A stretch of DNA of 63,923 nt from Rhynchobatus australiae. Taxonomy: Eukaryota. The stretch spans positions 33,023,829 through 33,087,751 of the forward strand of contig JAUZTB010000127.1 in assembly GCA_034780895.1 (NCBI GenBank). Reading direction: 5' to 3'. The translations under genes were made by a program, and so were the position numbers. The notes under the pieces are model-generated. The model saw only the letters and a list, made by a program, of their open reading frames with translations. It had not been told where the DNA came from and searched no databases. Shown here one piece after another: positions 45,353-58,845 of this stretch (position 1 is its first letter; each line of letters starts with the position of its first letter).

Positions 45353-48300
45353 TTCAGGGCTCTGGGGAGAGGGAGAGAGAGTGGCACTAAACACCAAGAG
45401 CCAGTGGGTCAAATGGCCTCCTTCCATGCTGTAATTATGCTTCAAGTCACTTCTCCACTGACACTATTCACTTCTTATTTACCAAATCAATAATCCTATT
45501 AGGCACATCTGGATTCACATTTCACTAGAAGTGGATACCACCACCCTAGAAATGCGGTCATGTTAATGCAAAACCATGTGCCGCTTTAAGTAGCAAGCTT
45601 CTAAACATTTCCTTCACTGTATTAAGGAATTAGTTCCTAAGAGTGGCTCTTCATCCTAGATGTTGTTTCAAGTGCATAATTACTTCAGGTGGACCATCCC
45701 ACACCAGTCACTATCCCAGGTTTCCCTTCACATCAACACAACTTAGATTTGTGTGGGTGAGAGGCACCACATAATCCTTATCCCAAGCTCAGATTTCTTT
45801 GAAAATCATTTCCAGTAGGCAATGAGAAGCTACTATTGACATCACATTTTTCTATAAACAGAGAGATATAGATGGAANNNNNNNNNNNNNNNNNNNNNNN
45901 NNNNNNNNNNNNNNNNNNNNNNNNNNNNNNNNNNNNNNNNNNNNNNNNNNNNNNNNNNNNNNNNNNNNNNNNNNNNNNNNNNNNNNNNNNNNNNNNNNNN
46001 NNNNNNNNNNNNNNNNNNNNNNNNNNNNNNNNNNNNNNNNNNNNNNNNNNNNNNNNNNNNNNNNNNNNNNNNNNNNNNNNNNNNNNNNNNNNNNNNNNNN
46101 NNNNNNNNNNNNNNNNNNNNNNNNNNNNNNNNNNNNNNNNNNNNNNNNNNNNNNNNNNNNNNNNNNNNNNNNNNNNNNNNNNNNNNNNNNNNNNNNNNNN
46201 NNNNNNNNNNNNNNNNNNNNNNNNNNNNNNNNNNNNNNNNNNNNNNNNNNNNNNNNNNNNNNNNNNNNNNNNNNNNNNNNNNNNNNNNNNNNNNNNNNNN
46301 NNNNNNNNNNNNNNNNNNNNNNNNNNNNNNNNNNNNNNNNNNNNNNNNNNNNNNNNNNNNNNNNNNNNNNNNNNNNNNNNNNNNNNNNNNNNNNNNNNNN
46401 NNNNNNNNNNNNNNNNNNNNNNNNNNNNNNNNNNNNNNNNNNNNNNNNNNNNNNNNNNNNNNNNNNNNNNNNNNNNNNNNNNNNNNNNNNNNNNNNNNNN
46501 NNNNNNNNNNNNNNNNNNNNNNNNNNNNNNNNNNNNNNNNNNNNNNNNNNNNNNNNNNNNNNNNNNNNNNNNNNNNNNNNNNNNNNNNNNNNNNNNNNNN
46601 NNNNNNNNNNNNNNNNNNNNNTAGATGCCAGAAAAAACTGGCACAGATCCCTACCCCCAACAATAAATCACCTCCAGGTGGACAAGCTGCTTATAGGGCA
46701 GGTCAGGACTCAGTGTCAAGGTGTGTACTTTGACCACTGGGGTGAGCACAGGCTATTGGTGGGGACTGACAGCACATCCTCCATGTGTTGACAGACCATT
46801 CAGACCCTAGTCTGTCTCATCATCTCCTGTGGGATGTGATGGAAGCTGCCACTCTTTGCTTGGTTGCATGGCTCTCAGCCCTGAGATTTGTCTGGTCACA
46901 AATCCAACAGCAAGTCAGAGATTTGCACCAGGTTCCTAGTACAGTAGCGCTGTTAGTAATACATCTCTTTATATGATGCCATAATGACCCCCATTTGGTG
47001 CTGGTTCCATGACTACTTTTGTTCCTGGGAAGGCTTCCTGAGCACCAAGCAAAATACCAGTGTACTTTGCACCAAATAGGTCTAAGCAGTAACAAAGTAT
47101 TACCATCTCATTAAACTCTAACATGATCCACATTATATATACCAAGGCAAAAATCTGTCAGAAGATTTTTCCAAATTATAAAAAGGTACATTTATATAGC
47201 AGCTGTAGTGCAGAAAGAAACATCAAGAGTGTCATAGAGGCAAAAATCAATACAAATCCTGTGTCATAGGAGAAATGAACAAAACCTCGTCAAAAGGGGT
47301 CTTTTAAGAGAGCCCTTAAAAAGTGGAGAAATTGAGGGAAGAAATTCTGGAGTCTGGGACCTCTGACTAAAAGCAGTTTCCAATGTTACAAAAAAAGCAA
47401 TAAAGTACAGATGTCAGTGAAACAGGACATTAGGCCTCAAGTGGGAACAACCAACCCCAAAAACAAATCAGAACCATGGCCTAAAGTCCAGCAAGCATTT
47501 TGTTCAGTAATAGAAAGCAATTTGCCATAAATTGCAGTCCACTTTAACTCACTCAGTGAGTGGTACATATCTGATGGACTTCCATATAATAAATACAATA
47601 GGTAACTTATTGTAGTAGTAAAACCTCGTGGCTAGTTCCCCCAAAGGCAGCAACTCTTGTGTCAGTTTATAGTTATGATTAAGTTCACTCAATGAAAACA
47701 AATTAATGCCCAAGGCCCATTAGGTCACACACAAGGTTGGGGGAGAAAAACAAACAGAATTTCAAATAGATTTCCTCTGTACAGTTCATCTCCTCCCAAC
47801 ACCAACAGGCGGTGGCCTCCATTTTCAACTGGCATCCTTTCAGTACTTTGTCTCAACCTTTGAAAATCCCATCAGCGAGTCCCAGGATGTAATCAGAGAA
47901 CTACAACCCCATCCACTACTCTCACAAGCTTAATTGGCTGCAGTAAAAAAAAGTGTAGTTAAGTGGCAAACAGAATTGAAAGGAGCTGATGGGCACGTGA
48001 GAGGCAATAGGTTGCAAGGCCACATGGAGACAAGGGAGAGGGAGAATGAGGCAGATGAAATTTACTCTGCAGGGAGCTGGCATGGACCTGATGGGCTGAA
48101 TTGCCTCATTCTACATTAGATGGCATATTCTGACAGATATCATGTGTAAATATCAGAAGGGTATAGTACACCTTCCTGCTCCAAAATATAGGGATACAGT
48201 TGCCAAAAGGTACACCCATACAGGCATCACAGACTGATCCATCCTTGGGTTTTTGCAAGTGCATCATCTATTAACATGGTTAGCTGAAATGGTTGTGTTG

Positions 48301-49039
48301 CTGACATTTTCATTACAATTAATCATAAGTACACCAGTTGAAAAGAATGAAATACTTCAGGTCTTACTGCCTCTCCTGAACTCCCACCTTCATGACACCA
48401 TGTTTATTCTCCTGACATCTCCACAGAACCAGCTAAGGAATGAATCATACACAAGAGGGCTTTTGTTCAGCAACCCTTAGCAATTCCCAGTGGGATTGCA
48501 ATTATTCACAGTTCTGCAGCCAACATTGTTGCAGTGATCGAATTCACAAATGACTCTGATTTTCCAGGACATAATAAGCAATTTACCAGCCTGTGCTCGT
48601 CATACTCAATCCAAAACAGTGCTGTAGTATACAAGAGCTGGGAAATGGAGGTCTTCAATGTTAATTTTTGTAATACTGCTCCAAATTCTTTTCATGCTCT
48701 CACCTAAAACTGTCGTAAAAGAGCAGCACCTTCTGAACAACTTTTCCTTTAAAGATTAATGGGGTAGGCAAGAGTAGCAGTCCACCAGCAGTCCCACATG
48801 AAGTGCTGTACAGGCAATGACTTCTGTAAATGCTGGCAAAAAAATGTGCGGGTTTGCAGAGGTCTGGGAAAGCCACCTACCCAAGGCTTCATATCTTGCC
48901 CAACATCAGCCTTCATTGCCAATATTGTCCACCTTCTGGGAGTGGAGATTGGTCATACACCATTGATCCAGCCTCAACACAAGCAGGAAGTCAACAGCTG
49001 GATGACTTGATGTGCTTGAAACACTTCCATGTTTCCTCA

Positions 49040-49353
49040 TGACACTGGAGGGGAGGTTATTCAGCCCTTCAAGTTGATGCTGGCTCAGAGCAATTTTACT
49101 CCCTTATTCATTTTCTCAGTCAACTAGCACCAGAAATGATGCACTCATCCACACTGGGATCAATTTAGTGGCCAACTAACCTTCTGACCCACACATCCTT
49201 AGAATGTGGGAGGAAATCAGAGCACCCAGAGGAAGCTCAAGCAGTCACAGGGAGAACATGTGAAGTCCACACAGACAGCAGAGGTCAGAATTGAACTCAG
49301 GTGCGCTAGCACTGTGAGGCAGCAGCTACAAGAACTGCATCAACGCACGACCC
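49040..49353 (-). mobile_element. V-domain SINE with CR1-like tail (HE1-like)
   Basis: GAATGTGGGAGGAAATCAGAGCACCCAGAGGAA...CACAGGGAGAACATG...GAATTGAACTCAGG; tail end GAGGTTATTCAGCCCTTC resembles the CR1 3' end. Confidence 0.75.
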
Positions 49354-49367
49354 ACTCAAACACTAGT

Positions 49368-49411
<44 letters not shown>
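49368..49411 (+). repeat. poly-G run (44 nt) abutting a gap; probable sequencing or assembly artefact
   Basis: Pure G run ending at a 10-N gap; the 21 bp at 49349-49369 recur with one mismatch at 49424-49444. Confidence 0.8.
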
Positions 49412-49759
49412 NNNNNNNNNNAAGACCCCCTCAAACACTAGTGGCTCCCACCCCCCCCCCCCCCCCAATTACCTTCTTGCATCAAACATTACAAGTCTTT
49501 GTTAGAATTCACAAACTCCTCCCGAATATGGGTTTGTGAAAAGGAAGTGGGAGATTTCTTTCGTCCATCTGACAGTGGGCATCCAATCATTGTGTAACTC
49601 AATTACTCGGCTTAGGCAATAACACAGAACTTTACATCCTTCAGCAGGGAAACAACCAATCACAATCCACGTCTAATTTTCAGTGAACCAGGTCAACACA
49701 CAGGCTTGTGACCCTCAACCCCATCCTGGCTCCTCCTCCACCACCGTGAAGACAAGGCA

Positions 49760-50960
49760 GAATCAGATTCAGATTTATTATCACCAAAATTTGTTGTTCT
49801 GCGGCAGCAGTACAGTGCAAAGACATAAAATTACAAAAGATAAATATATAGTCAAAAAAAGGAAAAACAAGGCAGCGTTCGTGAACCAGAATTCTGATGG
49901 AGGAGGGGAAGAAGCTGTTTCTGAATAGTTGTGTGTGGGTCTTCAGGCTCCTGTACCTCCTCCCTAAATGGCAGTAACAAGAGGGCATGTTCCAGATGGT
50001 GAGGGTCCTTAGTGAGGGATGCCACCTTCTTGAGGCACTGCCTCTTGAAAATCTCCTTGGTGGGGAGGGCTGTGTGCATGATGGAACTGACCGAGTCTTC
50101 AACCCTCTGCATCCTCTTGCGATCCTGTGCATTGCAGCCTTCATACCAGGCGGTGATGCAACCAGTCAGAATACTCTCCACTGTACATCTACAGAAATTT
50201 TCAAGAGTCTTTGGTGACATAACGTATCTCCTCTAACTCCCAATGAAGTAGAGCCACTGATGCACCTTCAGTGTTGTTGCTCAGAATAGATCCTCCGAGA
50301 TGATGATACCCAGGAACTTGAAGCTGCTCACCCTTTCCACCACTGACCCCTCAATGAGGACCTAGTGAGTTCTTCCGACTTCCCCTTCCTGAAGTCCACA
50401 ATTCCTTTGTCTTGTGGACATTGAGTGTGAGGTTGTTGTTGCAACACCACTCAACCAGCTGATCCATTTTACTCCTGTACACCTTGTCGCCACCTGAAAT
50501 TCTACCAACACTGGTGTCACCAGCAGATTTATAGATGGCATTTGAGCTGTACTGAGCCAAGCAGTCATGAGAGTAGAGAGATAGAGCAGTGAGCTAAGCA
50601 CGCACTCTTGAGGTGCGCCTGTGTTGATAGTCAGCAAGGAAGAGATGTTATTACTGATCTGCACTGACTGGTCTCCCAATAAGGAAGTCAAGGATCCAGT
50701 TGCAGAGGGAGGTACAGAGGCCCAGGTTTTGAAGCTTGGTGATTTGTACCGAGGGGACGATGGTGCAGAATGCTGAACTGTAATCAATAAACAGCAACCT
50801 GATGTTTTAGGGTTTTCCAGGTGCTCCAAAGCAAAGAGCCAGTGAGATTGTGTCTGCTGGCGACCTGTTGTGACAGTAGAATTGCAGCTGGTCCAAGTCT
50901 TTGCTCTGTTCTAGCCATTAAGAACCTCTAAGCATTTCATCATGGTAGGCGTGAGTGCAC
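49760..50960 (-). mobile_element. Rex1/Babar LINE, about 1.2 kb 3' portion with RT remnant
   Basis: Minus frames give NTGAPQECVLSSLLY, AIYKSAGDTSVGRISGGD...YRS..DQLVEWCCNNNLTLNVHKTKEL, LENFCRCTVESILTGCITAWY and GRRYRSLKTHTQLFRNSFFPSSIRIL; frameshifted; tail antisense AATCAGATTCAGATTTATT. Confidence 0.92.
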
Positions 50961-52954
50961 GTTTCCAGTACCCGGCCAGGTATACTGTCAGGGCTTCACA
51001 CCTTGAGAACTTAAATTCTCCTAGTTTAAAGCCAAGCCAACCTTTGGACTATGGAAACTTTAGTTCTTATCCTGATAATGCAATATTCAGTATCAAGGAC
51101 CATGCTTTATCCCAATGTGTCATCCCAGGAAATCTGCTGCTGCACGTTTCCGAAAGATTTTGAATGCCTAAATGGATTTACTCAAGAATTGCAATGGAAA
51201 AAAAATATCAATACATTTCTGGGATAGAAGTCTTGCTGAATAATACCTTAAACCCCGATTTTCATCTCATTAAAATTGTTTATTTTCAATGAAAGCATCA
51301 GCCATTCCATACCTTGTACTGGAGAAAGGTTCAGGAGGAATTATGGCATAGTTGAATGAATGTAAAATTGAAGCTGTTGGTTTATTCCTTCCCCATCCTG
51401 TTTCTCTTAAAAAAAACCTCCACCAGCTATTAATAGGCGGTTAAAAGGGGGTCACCTTGACTTCTTGAAATAAGATTGCAAGTTTTCTAGAAAGCAGTTC
51501 AAAACACACTGCCCAGTGTAAAATAAAAAGCTCTCAAAACTCCAAAATGGCTACACAACTGAATTACTACGAAAACCATTCATTAAAACACAGGACTACC
51601 ATGTGTATAGGAATACACAATATTCCCACAGGTCTTCTATACATTTCCTCACCAATGTGTGAAGACATCTGGACATCAGTGGCACCCAGCAATACATAGT
51701 GCATATTTGGACAACACCCCCATGATTTTACACTAGCCAGGTCACTCCTGCAGAAGCACACAATGCTCATGGCCTGCTTCATCTCAATATAAAAAGGGAG
51801 CTGGATATCCCTTGGGAATGCCCTCCCAACAACCTCATCGAAACCCCAAGTCAGAACCCTTGTACCTCCCCTCACCTCTTCCACTTGCCAATTGTGACCC
51901 CTGCCCCATTCCCAGCAACTGGTGATGGAGCAAGCAGAGGCCTTTCAGTGTTTCCAGGTTTCTTTTTACATAGAAATATTGGAAATGCCAACAACCTTGT
52001 GCACAGAATTTTACAGCAATCCCCAAACCATTTGCTGGCCCGTTGCATATTTATTTTGCTTTAGGCAGGTTTTGAAGAACTTCCTGGTCAACCTGCACAA
52101 TGCACTCAAAGCACAAAGCCAAATCTCCCCGGAAATCTGCAGGTTAAGTGGATTTGACAAACAAAGGCACCAACATGCAGACAAATGTAACACCAGCAAG
52201 CTAAGAATTATTATTTGCACAAAATGTGTTCTCTGGCATTATCGTGGATTCTTTTTAAAGAATGGAGATTTTCAATACAAGATTCTCCACAATAAATCAA
52301 CAGTAGCTGCAACCTGACCACCAGACTCTGCATCATTAGCATCGGGATTATTCCAACTCTGTGCCATATGAAGGCAATAACCACTAGAGCTGGACTTGGT
52401 ACAAAATGTTTTTAGTGACCAAAGGAAAAGGAAGACCGGCAAAATTTGAACAACCCTGGCACCAGCTAATCTACAGATAAACAGCAGGAAGGAGCAGCTT
52501 TCCTTTGGGTTCTTCTGACCTCCTGGTCCCACAAGTGAAATCTTGCTCAATTACCTGGAAACAACCCTCATGCTTGCCACCAATTCCTGATGTTTCAACT
52601 TTAAAACACAACTTCTGGGTCTTGTATATAGTCCTCTTTGGTAACTTCACTTAACATTGCCTTGCTTTGTCCATTCACTTCCTCTTCTCCAACACACCAG
52701 ATAACAAACTATTCACTCCTCTGCATATTCTGCCTTGGCCTTGGCCCTCTGTCCACTAATCATCTGCAGCATCTTCAAAGGTCAACCTAACCTTCCTCTC
52801 TTCAGCAATACCGTGCAATCTGCTGAACATACAATTAAACAGCATCATCTAATTTTTCAGCTTTAAAGCTCATTCAGTTGGTATCTAGAAGTCGGCAACC
52901 ATTTTTATTCCATTTACTTTATTTAAACATTTTAAACAAATACCTGCTCTTCAC

Positions 52955-53060
52955 TAGTTAACCCAAACGATTCACTAATGTCTTTCAAAAGAAAGAAATC
53001 TGCCCTCCTTGCCTAGTGCAGCCTGTGTGACTCCAGACCCAACAACATTGTTGACTCTAG
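52955..53060 (+). mobile_element. SINE fragment (family of 56131-56490)
   Basis: TTCACTAATGTCTTTCAAAAGAAAGAAATCTGCCCTCCTTGCCTAGTGCAGCCTGTGTGACTCCAGACCC is complementary to part of 56240-56300. Confidence 0.6.
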
Positions 53061-53240
53061 CAGCTTTTAATTCAGGAGCAAGTANNNNNNNNNNNNNNNN
53101 NNNNNNNNNNNNNNNNNNNNNNNNNNNNNNNNNNNNNNNNNNNNNNNNNNNNNNNNNNNNNNNNNNNNNNNNNNNNNNNNNNNNNNNNNNNNNNNNNNNN
53201 NNNNNNNNNNNNNNNNNNNNNNNNNNNNNNNNNNNNNNNT

Positions 53241-53510
53241 TGCTTTCAGATAATTATCATTATTGGGCGAATACTCTTGCTCTTGTGTCGTAAACATTTT
53301 TTCGTTATTTATCACACTGCATTTTGAATTTCCTACCATTGCTGGCTCGATAACTCTATTATCAGATTCTACAATATCTTTGTTATCCTCAGAAGACTTT
53401 CCAATTATAGTAATATCTGCTGTTTCTGTATTCGGGATGACTGGTTCTGAAGTATCATAAGAATCCATATATTCTTTTAAAATTTTTTGATTAAGGCCAA
53501 GGATTCCAGT
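53241..53510 (-). CDS. open reading frame fragment of unknown origin, runs into a gap
   Basis: About 90 open codons: FKTGILGLNQKILKEYMDSYDTSEPVIPNTETADITIIGKSSEDNKDIVESDNRVIEPAMVGNSKCSVINNEKMFTTQEQEYSPNNDNYLKA. Protein-like acidic composition with mostly A/T-ending codons; no family recognised. Confidence 0.35.
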
Positions 53511-56130
53511 TTTAAACTTTTATAACAAGAGACATGCAATAAACTTCAGACGATTTGTTAGACAGATTATTCTCTGCTAGATTAACACATGGCAATTGCT
53601 CAACTTCAATGTGCAATTCAAGTCTATTTAACTATTTAATTACCAAAAGCCAAAAGGGCAGCACGATTGCAGCAATTCAAAACAGTCTGTCAATATCTGC
53701 CTCCCCCAACCAGCATTTCAGTCCTATTTATACCGCAAAGCATCCAAATATCAGTGCATTGCAATGTGACACCACAAATTAATAGACAGAACTGATACTG
53801 TGTTGACTTGTGCCTCAGATATTCAATTGCTCATCTACACAAAATACCTGAATAAATCACAAAATGTGTTCAAAGTAGAAAACAGTTTTTTTTGCCAATC
53901 CTCATCATAATGTAAAATCCCTACTTATCACTGAACTCTCAACATAATTTAAAACCTTACAATAAAAAAATTATTTTACCATTATGAAATTCTACTTGTT
54001 ACTTTTAACAGAACAAAAGCAAACCTTGCAGCTATGCTGCATTACTTCATGGCAAGAAAGCAGTCAATTTGCTTTTAAAAGTGCACCTTGCATTAAAGGA
54101 TTTCTAGGTATTTCATGGGAAGGAAGAAATCAAGCTGGAATAAAAACCTAAAGGAAAGGGAAGATGGTTGAAGGTCAAAAGAGATATAGTACTGTGGAGG
54201 GAGAATGAGAATTGTCAACATTTGCCATAGACTCTTACTGGTGGAAAGAAAAGGGCAGATTAGGGAAGAAATAAGTGAAAAAGTGCTCATGAAAGGACAA
54301 GAAGGATTTTAAAATCAGTGCACTGTGTGGAAGAGTGTCAATAGAGCAAGAAAAGGGAAGATGGGTGAATGGGGCTTAGTGNNNNNNNNNNNNNNNNNNN
54401 NNNNNNNNNNNNNNNNNNNNNNNNNNNNNNNNNNNNNNNNNNNNNNNNNNNNNNNNNNNNNNNNNNNNNNNNNNNNNNNNNNNNNNNNNNNNNNNNNNNN
54501 NNNNNNNNNNNNNNNNNNNNNNNNNNNNNNNNNNNNNNNNNNNNNNNNNNNNNNNNNNNNNNNNNNNNNNNNNNNNNNNNNNNNNNNNNNNNNNNNNNNN
54601 NNNNNNNNNNNNNNNNNNNNNNNNNNNNNNNNNNNNNNNNNNNNNNNNNNNNNNNNNNNNNNNNNNNNNNNNNNNNNNNNNNNNNNNNNNNNNNNNNNNN
54701 NNNNNNNNNNNNNNNNNNNNNNNNNNNNNNNNNNNNNNNNNNNNNNNNNNNGAATGAGAATATTAGGTGATGGCAAGATGTGAGCTTTGAAGCTGTGCCG
54801 ATTAAACAGACCACAGGGACTGGGCATCATTAACTTCAATGGAAAGGAGATAGGAGCCAGGGTGGACATTAGAATATTCAACAGGGTGAGGTGGAGGGGA
54901 AATTCTGGTGGGGCCTCAGCAGAGTACATTTAGCCTGCTCAGGATTCAACCAAAAGGTGCCTTTGACTGTTTCTCAACAAAAAGCCAAATGTTTTACTCA
55001 ATACAAAGGCAGCATAATACACCCGGTACTCAGATAATTTTCATCTCCAAGATGTGGGAATAAAAGTGCCATGCTTTTATACAGCAATAATTTTCACTAG
55101 ATTCTTGCAACTCGATAAAGATAGAAAGCTTCAAAAGTAAACCAAGCAAAGAAACTTGGTTAAAATAAGATTGTAAGTGAGAGTGCAGAGATTGTCACAT
55201 AGTAGGAATTAAGCCAGTCAGAAATCTGGCACTGACCCAGCGCAGTTACCATGCCAGGATTCATTATACACAGGCAAAGCTCCTCTCAGAGAACTAGCCA
55301 AAGCAAAAAGGTTTACCTCTGGGACTTACCACAGTACGAAGGTAGCAGGTATCCTTGAATAATTACTTTTCTACAAAAACCAGTCCTACAGTTCCTGGGA
55401 TTGTATTTAACCACACACCTACAATACTCACATAGGTCCCTTAAAACTTGAACCCAGAGTGATATTCACCTGCCTTTGAAATCCAGACACTGAAGTCAGG
55501 CAGCCAGACTGCATCCAACTGGACAAACATCGGCAGTGTACACAAGTCAGCACCTTCTCAGTAACAGAGTGTGGCAACATCCCCCAGGAGAATGCAATAT
55601 AATACACATTTCCCACCTGGGCTGCAGTAGGTTTACTAGAAAGTGCATCAGGATAGAATGAAAAGCCTAGACCAATTCTACCAACGAACAATACAATTCA
55701 TCTGCCAAAATAACTGCTACAATTAATACTGGCCATTCAAAACATCAAGTTAGCCTCCATGTAGCCCAGCCAAACAGCCCTCTCTGATACACTACATCAA
55801 GAAGACTCCTTGTATGAATACAGCCACCTTCTTCCTTGAGTAGCTTTGTCATGGATATTTCAATGAACCTTTATTTATTAAATCAGGCAGATCGGCCCGT
55901 GCACTTCATAACTACCTATAGGTCAGCTTCCTCCAAACATTCAGAAGGTCAATTTATCAAGATATTCATTCAGAAGATCCTTAAAACCATTAAGCTTTAC
56001 CTCTTTGTTAAAGATTACAAAGCAAAAGTAGGAATAATAGAATTGCTCAGTGTAGTTAGCTGTTGAAATTGATTAACACTGGTGCTTCAGCAAACCAGAC
56101 ATCATTTGCACACAGTCCTGGGGCAGATGC

Positions 56131-56490
56131 TCTTTTTGTTATTCGTTCTCAGGATGTGGGTGCTGCTGGCACAGTGTGCATTCCTTGCTCAACCCTAGTT
56201 CTAGCCTTGAACTGAACAGCTTGCCAAGTCATTAAGGGTTTGAAGTGTCACAGCCCCAGACCAGGTGAGATCACATTTCCTTCCTCAAAATATACATGTG
56301 ATCAGAGGGTCAGAGGAACTCTTTTTTGAAAAAAACAACCTTATTGCTTTTTTCTCAATGATTTCACATTTACTGCTCTTTTTCTGTTACATCTTTGCTG
56401 AATGAACTGAATTTTACATCCCCAGCTGCCAGTGGAATTTGAACTCAGAATTATTCAAGTTTCAGGATTTTTGGCCTATTAGTATGACCA
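56131..56490 (-). mobile_element. old tRNA-derived SINE
   Basis: Antisense B box GGAATTTGAACTC near 56435-56447; antisense tail TTATTCGTTCTCAGGATGTGGGTGCTGCTGGC. Confidence 0.6.
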
Positions 56491-57639
56491 TTTTTGTGGC
56501 CCTTATACATCAACATCTCTAAAATTTAAGAACTCAGCACCCAGTATTCACCGAGGACATTAATCTTGGACAATTCCTTCCAACATTCAACAGCTATTTA
56601 AATAATAGATATTACACAAAAATGGCGAAGTATGAATGAGATCCACTTCACTTATTTGTCGTCAAACTTTTATCATCAATTTTATTATTCTGAATGTGGC
56701 CCTGATTCTACTTGGATAACTCCTTTTAATGCAGCAGGCCCATTAAGAGCAAATGCCAGTGTAGTAATATCTTACCACTAAAATTAAACACATCAGGGCA
56801 CCGGTTAAGTAAAGTAGGCACAATTATACCAAATAAGCTACCTCCAGCACTGTAAAATTGATTCAATATAATTTGGGCCAATATTTCCTCAAGGTAGCAA
56901 TTAGCTCCTTTTAGCAAAAGATATTTCTGTCACCAATTATGACCAGCATCAAAAGAAATCCCATACTACATCTCCCTATTTTTTGGGATGCTATCCAAAG
57001 CATTCCATCTTTAGGGAGTACTATACACAGCAAAGGAAGGAAGATAACAGTAGATAATGGATGCAGACAGTTTGATTGTCATCCAGTTGCTTTAAGGGCT
57101 TCAATTGTTCAGCTGCACGGACATTAGTGCTGCCTGTCTGATTTCCGTGTCCAAGTGCTTCTCAGAAGATTAATCAACAGCGAACATGTTTAATCTGCAC
57201 CTCCTGCCATAATCCCAAAATCCTCTGACAGTTGACATCGAAGGCCACAACTCCCATGCGTATAACAGAATCCCAAACCTCTGTCAGAAAAACTCCCCTC
57301 ATTCCTTCAATTCCAAAACACAATAAAGATTTCTATTAATGCTCATGAAACGCAAAAAGCATCATTAGGAGGTGCTGACTAGTGTCGGGGTACGATGAAT
57401 ATTTAGTTGATATTACTCATTCTACAAAAGTACAATTATTGCAGGAACAGAGGAACTCAGGTCCAGAAAACTTTGAAGACAGAAATACAAGCTGACAAGG
57501 CCATGATACGCATATGGGACCCATGGATTTATGAACAGAGGTGTAGAGTACAACAGTGAGCAAGTTCAAAGTCACGAAAAGATTTTGATAGCACAGATAA
57601 GAAGAAACAAATTTCTTGTGGCAGAAGGTCCACCTGGCA

Positions 57640-57920
57640 GAGGCCATAGATTTACATTAACTTTCAAAGTGCCAGAGGTGAGATAGAGAATATTTGAATG
57701 ATTTAGAATGCACTGAGAGGGTGGCATTAATGAATTCAACAGCAACTTACAAAACAAAACTAGATAATACCTGAAAGTGAGAAAACTATAGGTATACAAC
57801 TATAGGTATGTGAAACTATAGGCAAGGGGAGAGGGGAGGAGGAGCACTGATTATAATCACTTTTTCAAAGAACAGCCATAACAGGCTGAAAAACCACCTC
57901 TGGTGCTAAAAGAGTCATCA
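57640..57920 (+). mobile_element. old CR1 3' fragment
   Basis: CAGAGGCCATAGATTTA...TTTAGAATGCACTG...CTAGATAATACCTGAA...AGGCTGAAAAACCACCTCTGGTGCT. Confidence 0.55.
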
Positions 57921-58554
57921 TTCTGCCGTCAATAATTTTTCTTGACCACACCTCACGCACAGTTTTCAAGTCTTCCGTTAATCAAAATGGATTAAAATCC
58001 ATCCTTTGGATTGCTCCAAAACCTCTTTACTGTAATTTGTTTAGTTGGCATCCATGTCCCTGGTATTAGCATTGCTAAACGTGGCTCCTTCATCTCAGCC
58101 ATGAAATTCTACTCAGTTTTCAAATTACTCCACAACGCATCATCGCTATTTTTTTTTTAAAAACAGATATCAAAAATGACAGTACTAAGAAAATGATAAT
58201 CCTCTGTGTGCCCTTTCACAGACACAATACAAACACCTGTGTCCAACATGATGTACAGGCTTATTCCACAAATGCATTGCATGCTATTTTGAATTGAGTT
58301 TTGCAAGCATCCAGGCACCTGGCTGCATTGGTTTCACTGAATACACAAGAGGGGTGGTTAAAAAAAATTCTTTGAATAACTGCAGCCTGTGCCAAGAATG
58401 CCACAATCCATTTTTATTTTTAATGCATGCAACACCAAACTGATAGTTCTTAAAGTCCCATTATCTAAAAGATTTATTTTATCATTGGAGGCGGCACATT
58501 AGAACCAGGAGCTTCTGCTGATCATCACTCAGAGTTAATTAGCGCCAGCGTTAT

Positions 58555-58845
58555 GCAACACAAACTGGCCCTTCAGCCCACACAGTCTACACTGGCCATC
58601 AAGTACCCATTTACTTTAATTGCACTTTATTCTCCCCTTGTTTCCATCAACTGCCCCACACACAATGGGCAATGTATAACGGCCAATTAACCCTACACAT
58701 CCTGGAGCATGGAGGAAATGAGAGTGCCCACATGGTCACAGGGAGAACATACTAACTCCATTCAGACAGCACCCAAGGTCAGGACTGAACCTGGGCCATT
58801 GGAAGAGATGTATCACCTCCACTAGCTGTGCCACTATGCCACCCA
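58555..58845 (-). mobile_element. V-domain SINE with CR1-like tail (HE1-like)
   Basis: AAACTGGCCCTTCAGCCCAC tail; GGCCAATTAACC...GGTCACAGGGAGAACAT...CAGACAGCACCCAAGGTCAGGACTGAACCTGGG; head ...CTGTGCCACTATGCCACCC. Confidence 0.75.

Noticed and set aside
45778-46663. Longest ORFs in the track (250-288 aa), and similar ones at 54315-54929
   Set aside because: They consist almost entirely of N-gap codons.
49349-49466. Poly-G and poly-C tracts as G-quadruplex, hairpin or poly-Gly ORF
   Set aside because: The G run ends at a gap and its flank is duplicated across it, typical of sequencing or assembly artefact.
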